Positions 8,128-16,694 of a DNA stretch of 64,000 nt are shown in pieces (the stretch's first letter is position 1; the number at the start of each line of letters is the position of its first letter). The notes beneath the pieces are model-generated. The model was not told where the DNA came from, made no database searches, and saw nothing but the letters and a program-made list of their open reading frames with translations. A program made the translations under genes and the position numbers. The DNA is taken from contig CAVZSN010000009.1 in NCBI GenBank assembly GCA_963777945.1, positions 22,286-86,285 of the forward strand. The letters run 5' to 3'. This DNA comes from an uncultured Actinomycetota bacterium. GTDB lineage: Bacteria > Actinomycetota > Thermoleophilia > RBG-16-64-13.

Positions 8128-10956
8128 ATGGCCAAGATCACGAAGCGGCTCGTGGACAGCCTCAAACCCGATCCGACCCGCGAGACATTCGTTGCCGACG
8201 ACGAGCTTCCCGGCTTTGGGATCCGGGTCAGGCCGTCCGGGGCCGCCTCGTACATCCTGAGGTACAGGAACGCCGCAGGACTGTCACGGCGGCTCACCAT
8301 CGGCCGGGTGGGCGTCCTCTCACCGGAAGAGGCCCGGCGAGCGGCGCAGCAGCACCTGGCGGCGGTCAAAGGTGGGGCGGACCCGGCGCAGGCGAAGAGG
8401 CAGGCCACCCAGGCCGCAGACCAAGAGCCCAAGGAGGTCCAGCACGGCATCGACGAGCTTCGCCGGTTCAGGATCTTCGCCGAACTGGAAGACGAAGACT
8501 TCGAAGCCATCGCTCACATCGCCCGGGTCAAGGAATTCGAAGTGGCCGAGAAGCTCACCACCGAGGGGGCGCCGGCCGACCAACTCTATCTGTTCTTGAA
8601 GGGGCAGGCGGCGGTCAAGGTCCGTGATCCCTACGGTCGCCAGGTACTCATCGACGAACTCGGCCCCGGAGAGCTTCTAGGTTGGGGAGCAGTGACGGAG
8701 CCCCACGTCTACACGGCTTCGGCGTGGACCAGCCGACCCTCCCAGGCGATCGTCATCGACGGCAAGCGGCTGCGCGACCTCTGTGAAGAGAACAAGCGGA
8801 TCGGCTACGAAGTGGCCAAGGGCGTGGGGGAAGTCATCTCCAAGCGTTTCGGACTTGCTGTGGCCGGCCGGGGGGGTCAGACCCTCGCCGGACACGGCAT
8901 CGACGAACTTCGCCAGTTCAAGATCTTCGCCGAACTGGACCTGGGCGATCTGGACGCCATCGCGCGCATCGCCTATGTGCGCGAGTTCGCAGCCGGGGAG
9001 GAGCTGACGGTGGAGGGCGCTCCTGCCGACCACCTCTATCTGTTCCTCAAAGGCAAGGCCAGGGTCAAGGTCAAAGGCGCCAACGGTCGTCACGCAGTCA
9101 TCGATGAACTCGGCCCCGGGGAGCTCTTGGGTTGGGGAGCCGTCATGGAGCCCCACGTCTATACGGCCTCCGCGTGGACGACGGAACCCAGCGAGGTGAT
9201 CGTCGTCGACGGGACGGATCTTCGCGAACTCTGCAAGACCAGCAAGCACCTGGGATACCAGGTCTGCAAGGGCATCGGCGAGGTCATGTCCACCCGGTTC
9301 GGGCAGGCCGTGACCGGGCAGGGCACTCCCGCGCTTGCCGATCACGGCACGGACGAACTTCGCCAGTTCAGGCTCTTCGCGGAGCTGGAGGACGAGGACT
9401 TCGAGTCCATCGCGCGGATCGCGCGCATCCAGGAGTCCCAACCCGGCGAAGAACTGACCACAGAGGGAACTGCGGCCGACCATCTCTACCTCTTTCTCCA
9501 AGGCAAGGCGGCGGTCACGGTCAAGGGCGCCGACGGCCGCCAGGTGCTCATCGACGAGATCGGTCCCGGGGAGGTGCTGGGCTGGGGAGCGGTGACCGGA
9601 CCTCCTCATGTGTACACGGCCACAGCCTGCACGATGGAACCGTCTCAGCTGATCGTCTTCGACGGCAAGGACCTTCTCCGGCTCTGCGAGACCAACAACC
9701 GCATCGGCTATCAAGTGGCGAAAGGCATCGGCGACATCGTCTCCAAGCGCTTCGGCCGGGTCGCATCGGGCAGGAAGGGGCAGGTTCTGGCGGGACATGC
9801 CATAGACGAACTCCGCCAGTTCAAGATCTTCGCCGAACTGGATGTGGCCGACCTGGATTCCATCGCCCACCTCGCCTATGTCCGGGAGTTCGACGCGGGC
9901 GAGGAACTGATAACGGAAGGCGACCCTGCGGAGCAACTCTACCTGTTCCTGAACGGCAAGGCGGTGGTCAAAGTCCGGGGTGCAGACGGCCGTCAGGTCC
10001 CCATCGACGAGCTCGGTCCCGGCGAGGTGCTGGGTTGGGGAGCGGTCATGGAACCGCACATCTATACGGCTTCCGCGTGGACCCTCGAACCGTCCGAGCT
10101 CGTGATCGTCAAAGGGAATGATCTGCGCGGCCTGTGCGACGCCAACAAGCATTTGGGTTACATGGTGTGCAAGGGGATCGGCGAGGTCATGTCCACTCGC
10201 TTCGGCCAGGCCGTCCGGGGCCATGGGATCGACGAACTGCACCAATTCAAGATCTTCGGGGAGCTCGACTTCGCCGATCTCGACGCAATCGGGCGTATCG
10301 CCCACATCCGAGAGGTCGGACCCGGTGAGGAGCTCATAGCCGAAGGCAAGTCGGCCGACGAGCTGTATCTCTTCTTGGAGGGGAAGGCCTCCGTGAAGGT
10401 ACGTGACCCCGACGGCCACCAGGTGCTCATCGACGAGATCGGTCCCGGAGAGGTGCTGGGTTGGTCGGCCGCGGTGGAACCCTACGTCTACACCGCCTCG
10501 GCCTGGACGAGCGAGCAGTGCGAGCTGATCGTGGTGAACGGCCAACGTCTGCGCCAGCTCTGCGAGAGCAACAAACGCCTCGGCTACCAGGTCACCCGGG
10601 GTATCGGTGAGATCATCTCCAGACGCTTCGGACGAGCCATGGGCGCCCGGGGAGATTTGCAGGATAAGGATCTGCGGGCCTTCGGCGGCGAGGAGCGGGT
10701 CGTCTGGGATGACGGTCTGCTCCAACTTACCACCGAAGCGATCCTCATCGGTATGGGGAGCGACAGCCCCGAGGTGATCCCTCTTGAGGCCGTCTACGAC
10801 GTCGACGTGGAGAACGGTTGCCTTGTCTTCCACGTGCAAGGCGGCGACGTCTGCTCGCACTGCATCGACGATCCGGATCATCTGGCTGCACTGGTCCGTG
10901 ACGAGATGCTGCGCAGCCGCCACGCTCAGAGACGCAAGGACTACTACGTCCACTAG
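8128..10956 (+). CDS. multidomain protein: integrase Arm-type DNA-binding domain (DUF4102-like), five tandem cNMP-binding-like (CAP effector) domains, and an uncharacterised C-terminal domain
   Basis: ATG 8128 is preceded by GGGAGG (8115-8120). The N-terminus MAKITKRLVDSLKP...ELPGFGIRVRPSGAASYILRYRN..RRLTIGRVGVLSPEEARRAA...GGADP matches the P4-type integrase arm domain. It is followed by five ~150-aa units of pattern ELRxFxIFAEL..EG..AD.LYLFL.G...V......G.....IDE.GPGE.LGW. No recombinase catalytic domain is present. Confidence 0.8.
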   Translation: MAKITKRLVDSLKPDPTRETFVADDELPGFGIRVRPSGAASYILRYRNAAGLSRRLTIGRVGVLSPEEARRAAQQHLAAVKGGADPAQAKRQATQAADQEPKEVQHGIDELRRFRIFAELEDEDFEAIAHIARVKEFEVAEKLTTEGAPADQLYLFLKGQAAVKVRDPYGRQVLIDELGPGELLGWGAVTEPHVYTASAWTSRPSQAIVIDGKRLRDLCEENKRIGYEVAKGVGEVISKRFGLAVAGRGGQTLAGHGIDELRQFKIFAELDLGDLDAIARIAYVREFAAGEELTVEGAPADHLYLFLKGKARVKVKGANGRHAVIDELGPGELLGWGAVMEPHVYTASAWTTEPSEVIVVDGTDLRELCKTSKHLGYQVCKGIGEVMSTRFGQAVTGQGTPALADHGTDELRQFRLFAELEDEDFESIARIARIQESQPGEELTTEGTAADHLYLFLQGKAAVTVKGADGRQVLIDEIGPGEVLGWGAVTGPPHVYTATACTMEPSQLIVFDGKDLLRLCETNNRIGYQVAKGIGDIVSKRFGRVASGRKGQVLAGHAIDELRQFKIFAELDVADLDSIAHLAYVREFDAGEELITEGDPAEQLYLFLNGKAVVKVRGADGRQVPIDELGPGEVLGWGAVMEPHIYTASAWTLEPSELVIVKGNDLRGLCDANKHLGYMVCKGIGEVMSTRFGQAVRGHGIDELHQFKIFGELDFADLDAIGRIAHIREVGPGEELIAEGKSADELYLFLEGKASVKVRDPDGHQVLIDEIGPGEVLGWSAAVEPYVYTASAWTSEQCELIVVNGQRLRQLCESNKRLGYQVTRGIGEIISRRFGRAMGARGDLQDKDLRAFGGEERVVWDDGLLQLTTEAILIGMGSDSPEVIPLEAVYDVDVENGCLVFHVQGGDVCSHCIDDPDHLAALVRDEMLRSRHAQRRKDYYVH
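8443..10635 (+). repeat. in-frame tandem array of five ~450-nt coding units (cNMP-binding-like domains)
   Basis: Units begin at 8443, 8893, 9343, 9796 and 10222 (periods 450, 450, 453 and 426 nt), each with CA(C/T)GG/CxATxGACGAACT. The units are diverged, alternating between two subtypes. Confidence 0.85.
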
Positions 10957-10976
10957 AGGTTGGGGGGCCCCTGGTC

Positions 10977-11807
10977 ATGCATATCATCGTCGACCGTCGT
11001 GAGCTCACAAAGGGGGACATGATTTCCCTGACGGTGGAGGCCCCCGCCATTGCTCGCAAGATCCGCCCCGGGCAGTTCATCATCCTCAGGGTGAACGAGA
11101 CCGGCGAGCGCACGCCCCTCACCGTGGCCTACAAGGATGAGATCCACGGCACGATAACCATCATATTCCAGGTCCTGGGCAAGACCACGGCCATGCTTGC
11201 CTCCCTCAAGGTCGGCGACGCTATCAAGGACCTGGTGGGTCCGCTGGGCTGTGACGAGCGCTTCAACAGGATCGGCACGGTAGTGGGGATCGGGGGGGGC
11301 TCGGGAATAGCCGTTCTCCACCACATCCTGCAAGGGTCCAAAGAGGTGGGGAACTCACTCATAGGCATCATCGGAGCCCGGGAAAAAGCCCTTCTCATAC
11401 TTGAGGACGAGATGGCGGCTCTTTGCGACCGGCTGCTCATCACTACCAACGACGGCAGCGCCGGCATGCACGGCCTGGTCACCGATGCCCTCGCCAAGCT
11501 GGTGGAGGAGCAGGTCCACATCGACCAGGTCATCGCCGTCGGTCCGCTCATCATGATGCGTGCCGTCTGCGAGATGACCAAGCTCTACAAGATCCCCACG
11601 CTGGTAAGCCTCAACCCCATCATGGTCGACGGTACCGGGATGTGTGGCTGCTGCCGGGTGACGGTCGCCGGGGAGTGCAAGTTCGCCTGCGTCGACGGTC
11701 CCCATTTCGACGGCCATCAGGTGGATTTCGACGAGCTCATCCAGCGCAACAGCATGTACTCCCGCGACGAGAGGGCTTCCCTTCTGACCTCGATCAGGGC
11801 CCGCTAG
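10977..11807 (+). CDS. nfnA: NfnA/SudB-type ferredoxin-NADP+ oxidoreductase small subunit (FAD/NAD-binding, 2Fe-2S)
   Basis: 276 aa. RPGQFIILR, GIGGGSGIA and the C-terminal MVDGTGMCGCCRV..CKFACVDGPHFDGH cluster motif. Starts 20 nt after the upstream stop. Confidence 0.75.
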   Translation: MHIIVDRRELTKGDMISLTVEAPAIARKIRPGQFIILRVNETGERTPLTVAYKDEIHGTITIIFQVLGKTTAMLASLKVGDAIKDLVGPLGCDERFNRIGTVVGIGGGSGIAVLHHILQGSKEVGNSLIGIIGAREKALLILEDEMAALCDRLLITTNDGSAGMHGLVTDALAKLVEEQVHIDQVIAVGPLIMMRAVCEMTKLYKIPTLVSLNPIMVDGTGMCGCCRVTVAGECKFACVDGPHFDGHQVDFDELIQRNSMYSRDERASLLTSIRAR

Positions 11808-11816
11808 GAGGTGAGC

Positions 11817-13631
11817 ATGGCGCCGAGGACCGAGACCGAGTCCAAAGGCCTTCCCGCGGGGACCGAGATCGCGGCGTATTGCCCGCACTGTCACCAGGCG
11901 CTGAACGTCTTCGATGCGGCGACCAAACAGGTGTGGGTGCGCCTGATGGTGTCTGCCGACGGGGAGGGGGGAGAGTTGCTCCTGAGCCCCAAGCCCGATG
12001 TGTTCGAGCGACAGGTGAGCGTGGAGCTGAACGAGAGCAGGGTGGTCGACGACGTCTCCTGCCCTCACTGCGGCCGTTCGCTCGTGGAGCAAGGTGTCTG
12101 CGAGGTCTGCGGCGCGCCTGCGGCGCGCCTCGTCATCTATGCACAATCCCGGCTGGTCGAATATTCGATATGCACGAACATGACCTGTCACTGGCACGGG
12201 ATGTCTCGCGCCGACCAGGCCAAGATCAAACCGAAGGTCCCCAGACAGAAGAAGCCCGAGCAGGATGCCCTTCTTCGGATACGTAACTTCAATGAGGTCT
12301 CGTACGGCTTCGACCGGGAACTGGCCGTCCTCGAAGCGAGCCGCTGTCTGGAGTGCAAGAAGCCGGCCTGCGTCGGGGGTTGTCCGGTGGGTATCGACAT
12401 CCCGGGCTTCATCCGCCTGATGAAAGCCGGCGAGTTCGTGGAGGCCGCCAGGCACATCAAGCAGAAGAACGCCCTTCCTGCGGTGTGCGGACGGGTCTGT
12501 CCCCAAGACGATCAGTGTGAGAAGGTGTGCATCGTCGGCAAGAACGGTGACCCGGTGGCCATCGGCAATCTGGAGAGGTTCGCCGCCGACTTCGAGCGCG
12601 AGACCGACTCCGTCTCTCTCCCCCGCAAAGCCACGCCCACCGGCAAGCGCATAGCGGTGGTGGGTAGCGGTCCCGCCGGCCTCACCCTGGCGGCCGATAT
12701 GGTGGCCAAGGGGCACTCGGTCACCGTGTTCGAGTCGCTCCACAAGGCAGGGGGGGTGCTGGTCTACGGGATCCCCGAGTTCCGGCTGCCCAAGGCCATA
12801 GTCGAGTCGGAGATCGACTACCTTCGCCGCCTGGGAGTGAAGATAGAGCTAAACTCCATCGTGGGACGCCTCTACACTCTCGAAGAACTCCTCGAGACCG
12901 GCTACGACGCCATCTTCGTGGGCACCGGCGCGGGGCTGCCCATATTCATGGGACTTCCAGGCGAGAACCTGTGCAACATCCTCTCCGCGAACGAGTACCT
13001 CACCCGGATCAATCTCATGAAGGCCTACGCCTTTCCCGAGTACGACACCCCGGCTCCGAAAGGTCAGCAGGTCGCCGTCCTTGGCGCAGGCAACGTGGCC
13101 ATGGACTGCGCTCGGACTGCGGTACGCATGGGGGCCCGCGAGGTGACCATCGTCTATCGGCGCACCCGAGACGAGATGCCGGCCCGCAGCGAGGAGATCG
13201 AGCACGCCCTGCAGGAAAACGTGAGGTTCCGCTACCTGTCCAGCCCCATCCGTTTCGTCGGAGACGACCGGGGCTGGGTCAGGCAGATGGAGTGCATCCA
13301 GATGCAGCTGGGGGAGCCCGACGCGTCAGGACGGCCGAGGCCGATCCCCAAGGCCGGTTCCAACTTCATCATGGATGTGGATCTGGTCATCGTCGCGGTG
13401 GGGGCAGGTCCTAACCCTGTGCTCTTCTCCGGCTCTCCCGGTCTGGAGCAGACCAAACGGGGCTACATACAGGCGGTGACCCCTTCAGGTCGCACGAGCA
13501 TCCCTCGCGTATGGGCCGGGGGTGACATCGTCACCGGATCGGCTACGGTGATCCTCGCCATGGGCGCCGCCCGTCAGGCGGCCGACGACATGGACGAGTA
13601 TCTGAGAAGCGATTCGGCCGAGTGGCCGTAA
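11817..13631 (+). CDS. nfnB: NfnB/GltD-type NADPH-dependent oxidoreductase large subunit with an extra ~150-aa N-terminal Cys-rich (zinc-ribbon-like) extension
   Basis: AGGAGG at 11806-11811 precedes ATG 11817 (an in-frame GTG at 11811 is also possible). The core has CLECKKPACVGGCPVGIDIPGFI, CGRVCPQDDQCEKVC, VAVVGSGPAGLT and VAVLGAGNVAMD. The extension carries CPHC(24-27), CPHC, CEVC and CTNMTCHWH. Confidence 0.75.
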   Translation: MAPRTETESKGLPAGTEIAAYCPHCHQALNVFDAATKQVWVRLMVSADGEGGELLLSPKPDVFERQVSVELNESRVVDDVSCPHCGRSLVEQGVCEVCGAPAARLVIYAQSRLVEYSICTNMTCHWHGMSRADQAKIKPKVPRQKKPEQDALLRIRNFNEVSYGFDRELAVLEASRCLECKKPACVGGCPVGIDIPGFIRLMKAGEFVEAARHIKQKNALPAVCGRVCPQDDQCEKVCIVGKNGDPVAIGNLERFAADFERETDSVSLPRKATPTGKRIAVVGSGPAGLTLAADMVAKGHSVTVFESLHKAGGVLVYGIPEFRLPKAIVESEIDYLRRLGVKIELNSIVGRLYTLEELLETGYDAIFVGTGAGLPIFMGLPGENLCNILSANEYLTRINLMKAYAFPEYDTPAPKGQQVAVLGAGNVAMDCARTAVRMGAREVTIVYRRTRDEMPARSEEIEHALQENVRFRYLSSPIRFVGDDRGWVRQMECIQMQLGEPDASGRPRPIPKAGSNFIMDVDLVIVAVGAGPNPVLFSGSPGLEQTKRGYIQAVTPSGRTSIPRVWAGGDIVTGSATVILAMGAARQAADDMDEYLRSDSAEWP

Positions 13632-13653
13632 GCCGGCGGCCGCGCACATCCCT

Positions 13654-14850
13654 GTGGAGTCGATCAGACCCATCTTCAAGATTGGGCACGGGCCGTCGAG
13701 CAGTCATACCATAGGTCCGGCCCGGGCGGCGGCGATCTTCGCCGGCTGGAACGAGTCCGCCTCTCGGTTCAGGGTGACGCTCCACGGGAGTCTGGCGCTC
13801 ACGGGACACGGTCACGGTACCGATCAGGCGATCGCCAAGACACTCTCGGATCGCCAAGTGGACGTGGTCTGGCGCCCCGACGTCGAGCTCCCGCTCCATC
13901 CCAACGGCATGGTCTTCGAGGCTCTCGATACCGCTGGGGTGCCGGTGGATTCCTGGGTGGTCTACAGCGTGGGAGGAGGCGATCTTCGAGACGATTCCGG
14001 TCGATTCTCGGAAGAGATCGTCACGTTCCCCCACGATACCTTCGCGGAGATCCTCGGCTGGTGCGAGAGCACCGGCAGGGAGCTCTGGCAGTATGTCGAC
14101 GATTTCGACCGGCAGCCGGGAGTGCGCGACCATCTGGCCGACGTTTGGGCGGAGATGCAGGCTTCGGTAGAAAGGGGGCTGGTGGCGGAGGGCGTGCTAC
14201 CCGGTCCACTGCGGTTGGCGCGAAAGGCGAAGCACTACCACGCGCACGCGCTCGAAGGACGAGGAAGCGCCGACCGCGGTCTCGCGTTCGCTTTCGCGTT
14301 GGCAGTGGCCGAAGAGAACGCTGCAGGCGGGATCGTGGTGACCGCTCCCACGTGCGGCGCCTCCGGTGTAGTACCGGCGGTGCTCATGGTGGCACAGCAG
14401 ACTCTGGGCAGCTCGGAGGCGGAGGTGATCAAGGCCTTGGCCACCGCCGGCCTGGTGGCCAGCCGGGTGAAAAGCGGCGCCTCCATCTCGGGCGCCGAAG
14501 TGGGTTGCCAGGGGGAGATCGGCACCGCGTGCGCCATGGCAGCGGCGGCTGCGACCTTCCTGATGGGAGGAACGCCCAAGCACGTGGAATATGCTGCAGA
14601 GATGGGGCTGGAGCACTATCTCGGGCTTACCTGTGACCCCATCGGGGGATACGTGCAGATTCCCTGCATCGAGCGGAACGCTCTGGCGGCGGATCATGCC
14701 TGGGCCTGCGCCGTCTACGCCCTGTACTCCGACGGGTCACATGACATCTCCTTCGACCGCATCGTCAGGACCGTGCTGGAGACCGGGCGCGACATCCCGG
14801 CGGCATATCGGGAGACCGGCCTTGGAGGGCTGGCTGGCGGCTACGCTTGA
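13654..14850 (+). CDS. sdaA: L-serine ammonia-lyase (Fe-S dependent L-serine dehydratase)
   Basis: GTG start. N-terminal IFKIGHGPSSSHTIGP, then PTCGASGVVPAV and the GCQGEIGTACAMAA motifs. Confidence 0.8.
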   Translation: MESIRPIFKIGHGPSSSHTIGPARAAAIFAGWNESASRFRVTLHGSLALTGHGHGTDQAIAKTLSDRQVDVVWRPDVELPLHPNGMVFEALDTAGVPVDSWVVYSVGGGDLRDDSGRFSEEIVTFPHDTFAEILGWCESTGRELWQYVDDFDRQPGVRDHLADVWAEMQASVERGLVAEGVLPGPLRLARKAKHYHAHALEGRGSADRGLAFAFALAVAEENAAGGIVVTAPTCGASGVVPAVLMVAQQTLGSSEAEVIKALATAGLVASRVKSGASISGAEVGCQGEIGTACAMAAAAATFLMGGTPKHVEYAAEMGLEHYLGLTCDPIGGYVQIPCIERNALAADHAWACAVYALYSDGSHDISFDRIVRTVLETGRDIPAAYRETGLGGLAGGYA

Positions 14851-14859
14851 AACCAGTTC

Positions 14860-16665
14860 CTAGGGCGTATGGCCGTCCTCTGCGGCCGGCAGCCTCACGG
14901 TGAAGGTGGACCCCGACCCCAAGATGCTCGAGACCTCGACCTTGCCGCCATGCCGCTCGGCGACGTGACGCACGATACTGAGGCCGAGGCCGGTGCCGCC
15001 GGTCTCCCGCGATCGCGCCTTGTCGACGCGATAGAAGCGTTCGAAGATGCGGCGCTGCTCGGCGATCGGGATGCCCACACCATCGTCTTCCACGGTGAGC
15101 ACGACCCAGCGGCGCTCGGCGAGCCCCTCCTCGTGCTGTACGCTCACCGTGATGTGCCCGCTGGGCTCGGTGTAACGGATGGCGTTATCGAGCAGGTTCC
15201 GGATGAGGGTCCGAAGGGCGATCTCGTCCCCGAGGACCACTCCGCCGAGCTTCACCTCGACAGTCAGGCCCTGGTTCTTCGCCTGCGCCAGAGGCAGCAG
15301 TTCGGCCGCGGTCTCCTCGGCCAGCCGACCGAAGTCGACGGGGACGAACTCACTCTGTATCTGCGCGCCCGGTTCCTCGAGCCGCGATAGCGTGAGGAGG
15401 TCGTTGGCCAAGTCCAGCAGACGCTCGATCTCGGCCGAGAGCCGGTCGACGAACACCGCCGCTTGCTCCGGATCCTCTCGGATGGCGTGTTTGAGCGTCC
15501 CCGCTAGCAGAGAGAGCCCGGCCAAGGGTGTCTTCAGCTCGTGGGAGACGTTGGTGGCGAAGTCCCGCCGGATGCGATCGGTGATAAGCCGCGCGGTCTC
15601 GTCACGGATCACGAACAGGGTCTGTCCTTGTTCGCCGCCTGCCGCGTGGAGGGGGACTACCTCGACTGCCGCGTACTGCTGCCCCGGTAACTCGACGATC
15701 TCATGCACGGGTCCATCGGCCTGGCGCGATCTCTCGGCCAGCGACCAGGCCGGGAAGGCTCGGGCCGCGACGACCAAGGGAGCGCCTTCGGTCCCTTCCA
15801 GCCGGCTTTGGAGGATGCGTTCCGCGGCCGGGTTGGCCCGTACCAAGCGGCCTTGCTCATCGACCACCACGACTCCCTCGGACATCGCCGTGAGCACCTG
15901 ACCCGAGCGCTCCGTCTCGGTACCGAGCCTGGTGACCTGGGTCTCGAGTTGAGAGGCCATGCTGTTGAGCGATTCCGCGAGTTCACCGAGTTCATCTCTC
16001 CGGCGGACGCTGGTCCGATAGGCCAGGTCACCCGAAGCGACGCGTCTGGTCATCTCTTGCAGCCGCTCGATGGGTCTTGTGATCGACCGGGTGAACAGAT
16101 AGGAGACGGCCAGGGTGGGTAGCAGCAGCACGGCCCATACGATGAGCGGTATCCGCCAGGAGGCGGCCACCATGGCATCGACCCGGCTGGCGGGTAGCGC
16201 AGCGCGCACCACGCCGTCCGACCAGCCGGCGTCGCCGGCGGGCAGCGGCATGGCGACATAGACTTCCTCCTGCTTCAGCGTGGCCGACTCGCGGCGCGCC
16301 CGGCCCTCGTGGCCGGCGAGGGCCTGAGCCACCTCGGGGCGGTCGGCGTGGTTGTCGAGCGTGGCCGGATCGACCTCCGAGTCGGCCAGGACCGTGCCGT
16401 CCTCGGCGATGATGGTGAGGCGGAGCCCTCCCGCGTCGCCCGCCGCGTCGGTGAGCGTCTGCAGGTAGGCCGGGTCATCGCCGGCCGAGGTGGAGGCCTC
16501 TTGTTCCAGGACGGCCGCGTACTGATGGGCCTGCCGGGACATGTCGTCCTCCAGCCGGTCAAGATAGACACCACGCAGCACCAGGGCCGCCACCAGCGCG
16601 ACGATGCCGGCGAAGACCAAGGTGATGAGCGCGAAAGCCAGTGGCAGCCGGTAGCGCAGGCGCAT
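14860..16665 (-). CDS. phoR: sensor histidine kinase, PhoR/SenX3-like (2 TM, HAMP, PAS, HisKA, HATPase)
   Basis: 601 aa, intact. TM helices at the N-terminus and around residue 180, H-box SHELKTPL, and G-boxes DDGVGI / GGTGLGLSIV. Sits next to an OmpR-type regulator and pstSCAB-phoU. Confidence 0.8.
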   Translation of the reverse strand: MRLRYRLPLAFALITLVFAGIVALVAALVLRGVYLDRLEDDMSRQAHQYAAVLEQEASTSAGDDPAYLQTLTDAAGDAGGLRLTIIAEDGTVLADSEVDPATLDNHADRPEVAQALAGHEGRARRESATLKQEEVYVAMPLPAGDAGWSDGVVRAALPASRVDAMVAASWRIPLIVWAVLLLPTLAVSYLFTRSITRPIERLQEMTRRVASGDLAYRTSVRRRDELGELAESLNSMASQLETQVTRLGTETERSGQVLTAMSEGVVVVDEQGRLVRANPAAERILQSRLEGTEGAPLVVAARAFPAWSLAERSRQADGPVHEIVELPGQQYAAVEVVPLHAAGGEQGQTLFVIRDETARLITDRIRRDFATNVSHELKTPLAGLSLLAGTLKHAIREDPEQAAVFVDRLSAEIERLLDLANDLLTLSRLEEPGAQIQSEFVPVDFGRLAEETAAELLPLAQAKNQGLTVEVKLGGVVLGDEIALRTLIRNLLDNAIRYTEPSGHITVSVQHEEGLAERRWVVLTVEDDGVGIPIAEQRRIFERFYRVDKARSRETGGTGLGLSIVRHVAERHGGKVEVSSILGSGSTFTVRLPAAEDGHTP

Positions 16666-16694
16666 CGCTCAGGTCTCCAGGGGCGATCGAGTTC

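Noticed and set aside
8128-8442. Calling this a phage/ICE integrase or the edge of a mobile element.
   Set aside because: Only the ~90-aa arm domain is present. There is no SAM-like or catalytic domain in any frame nearby, no flanking tRNA gene and no recognisable att-type long direct repeats. The reading frame continues into sensor domains.
8443-10635. The ~450-bp periodic repeats as a CRISPR-like or satellite array.
   Set aside because: The period is far too long. The units are diverged and in-frame, and they encode a recognisable protein domain. There is no spacer/repeat structure.
8677-10953. 758-aa ORF on the minus strand, opposite the Arm-CNB gene.
   Set aside because: It is a shadow ORF of a high-GC, repeat-containing gene. 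The translation is low-complexity (Gly/Asp/Leu/Val/His-rich) and periodic only because it mirrors the sense-strand repeats. It has no RBS and no recognisable motif, whereas the + strand frame has clear domain signatures.
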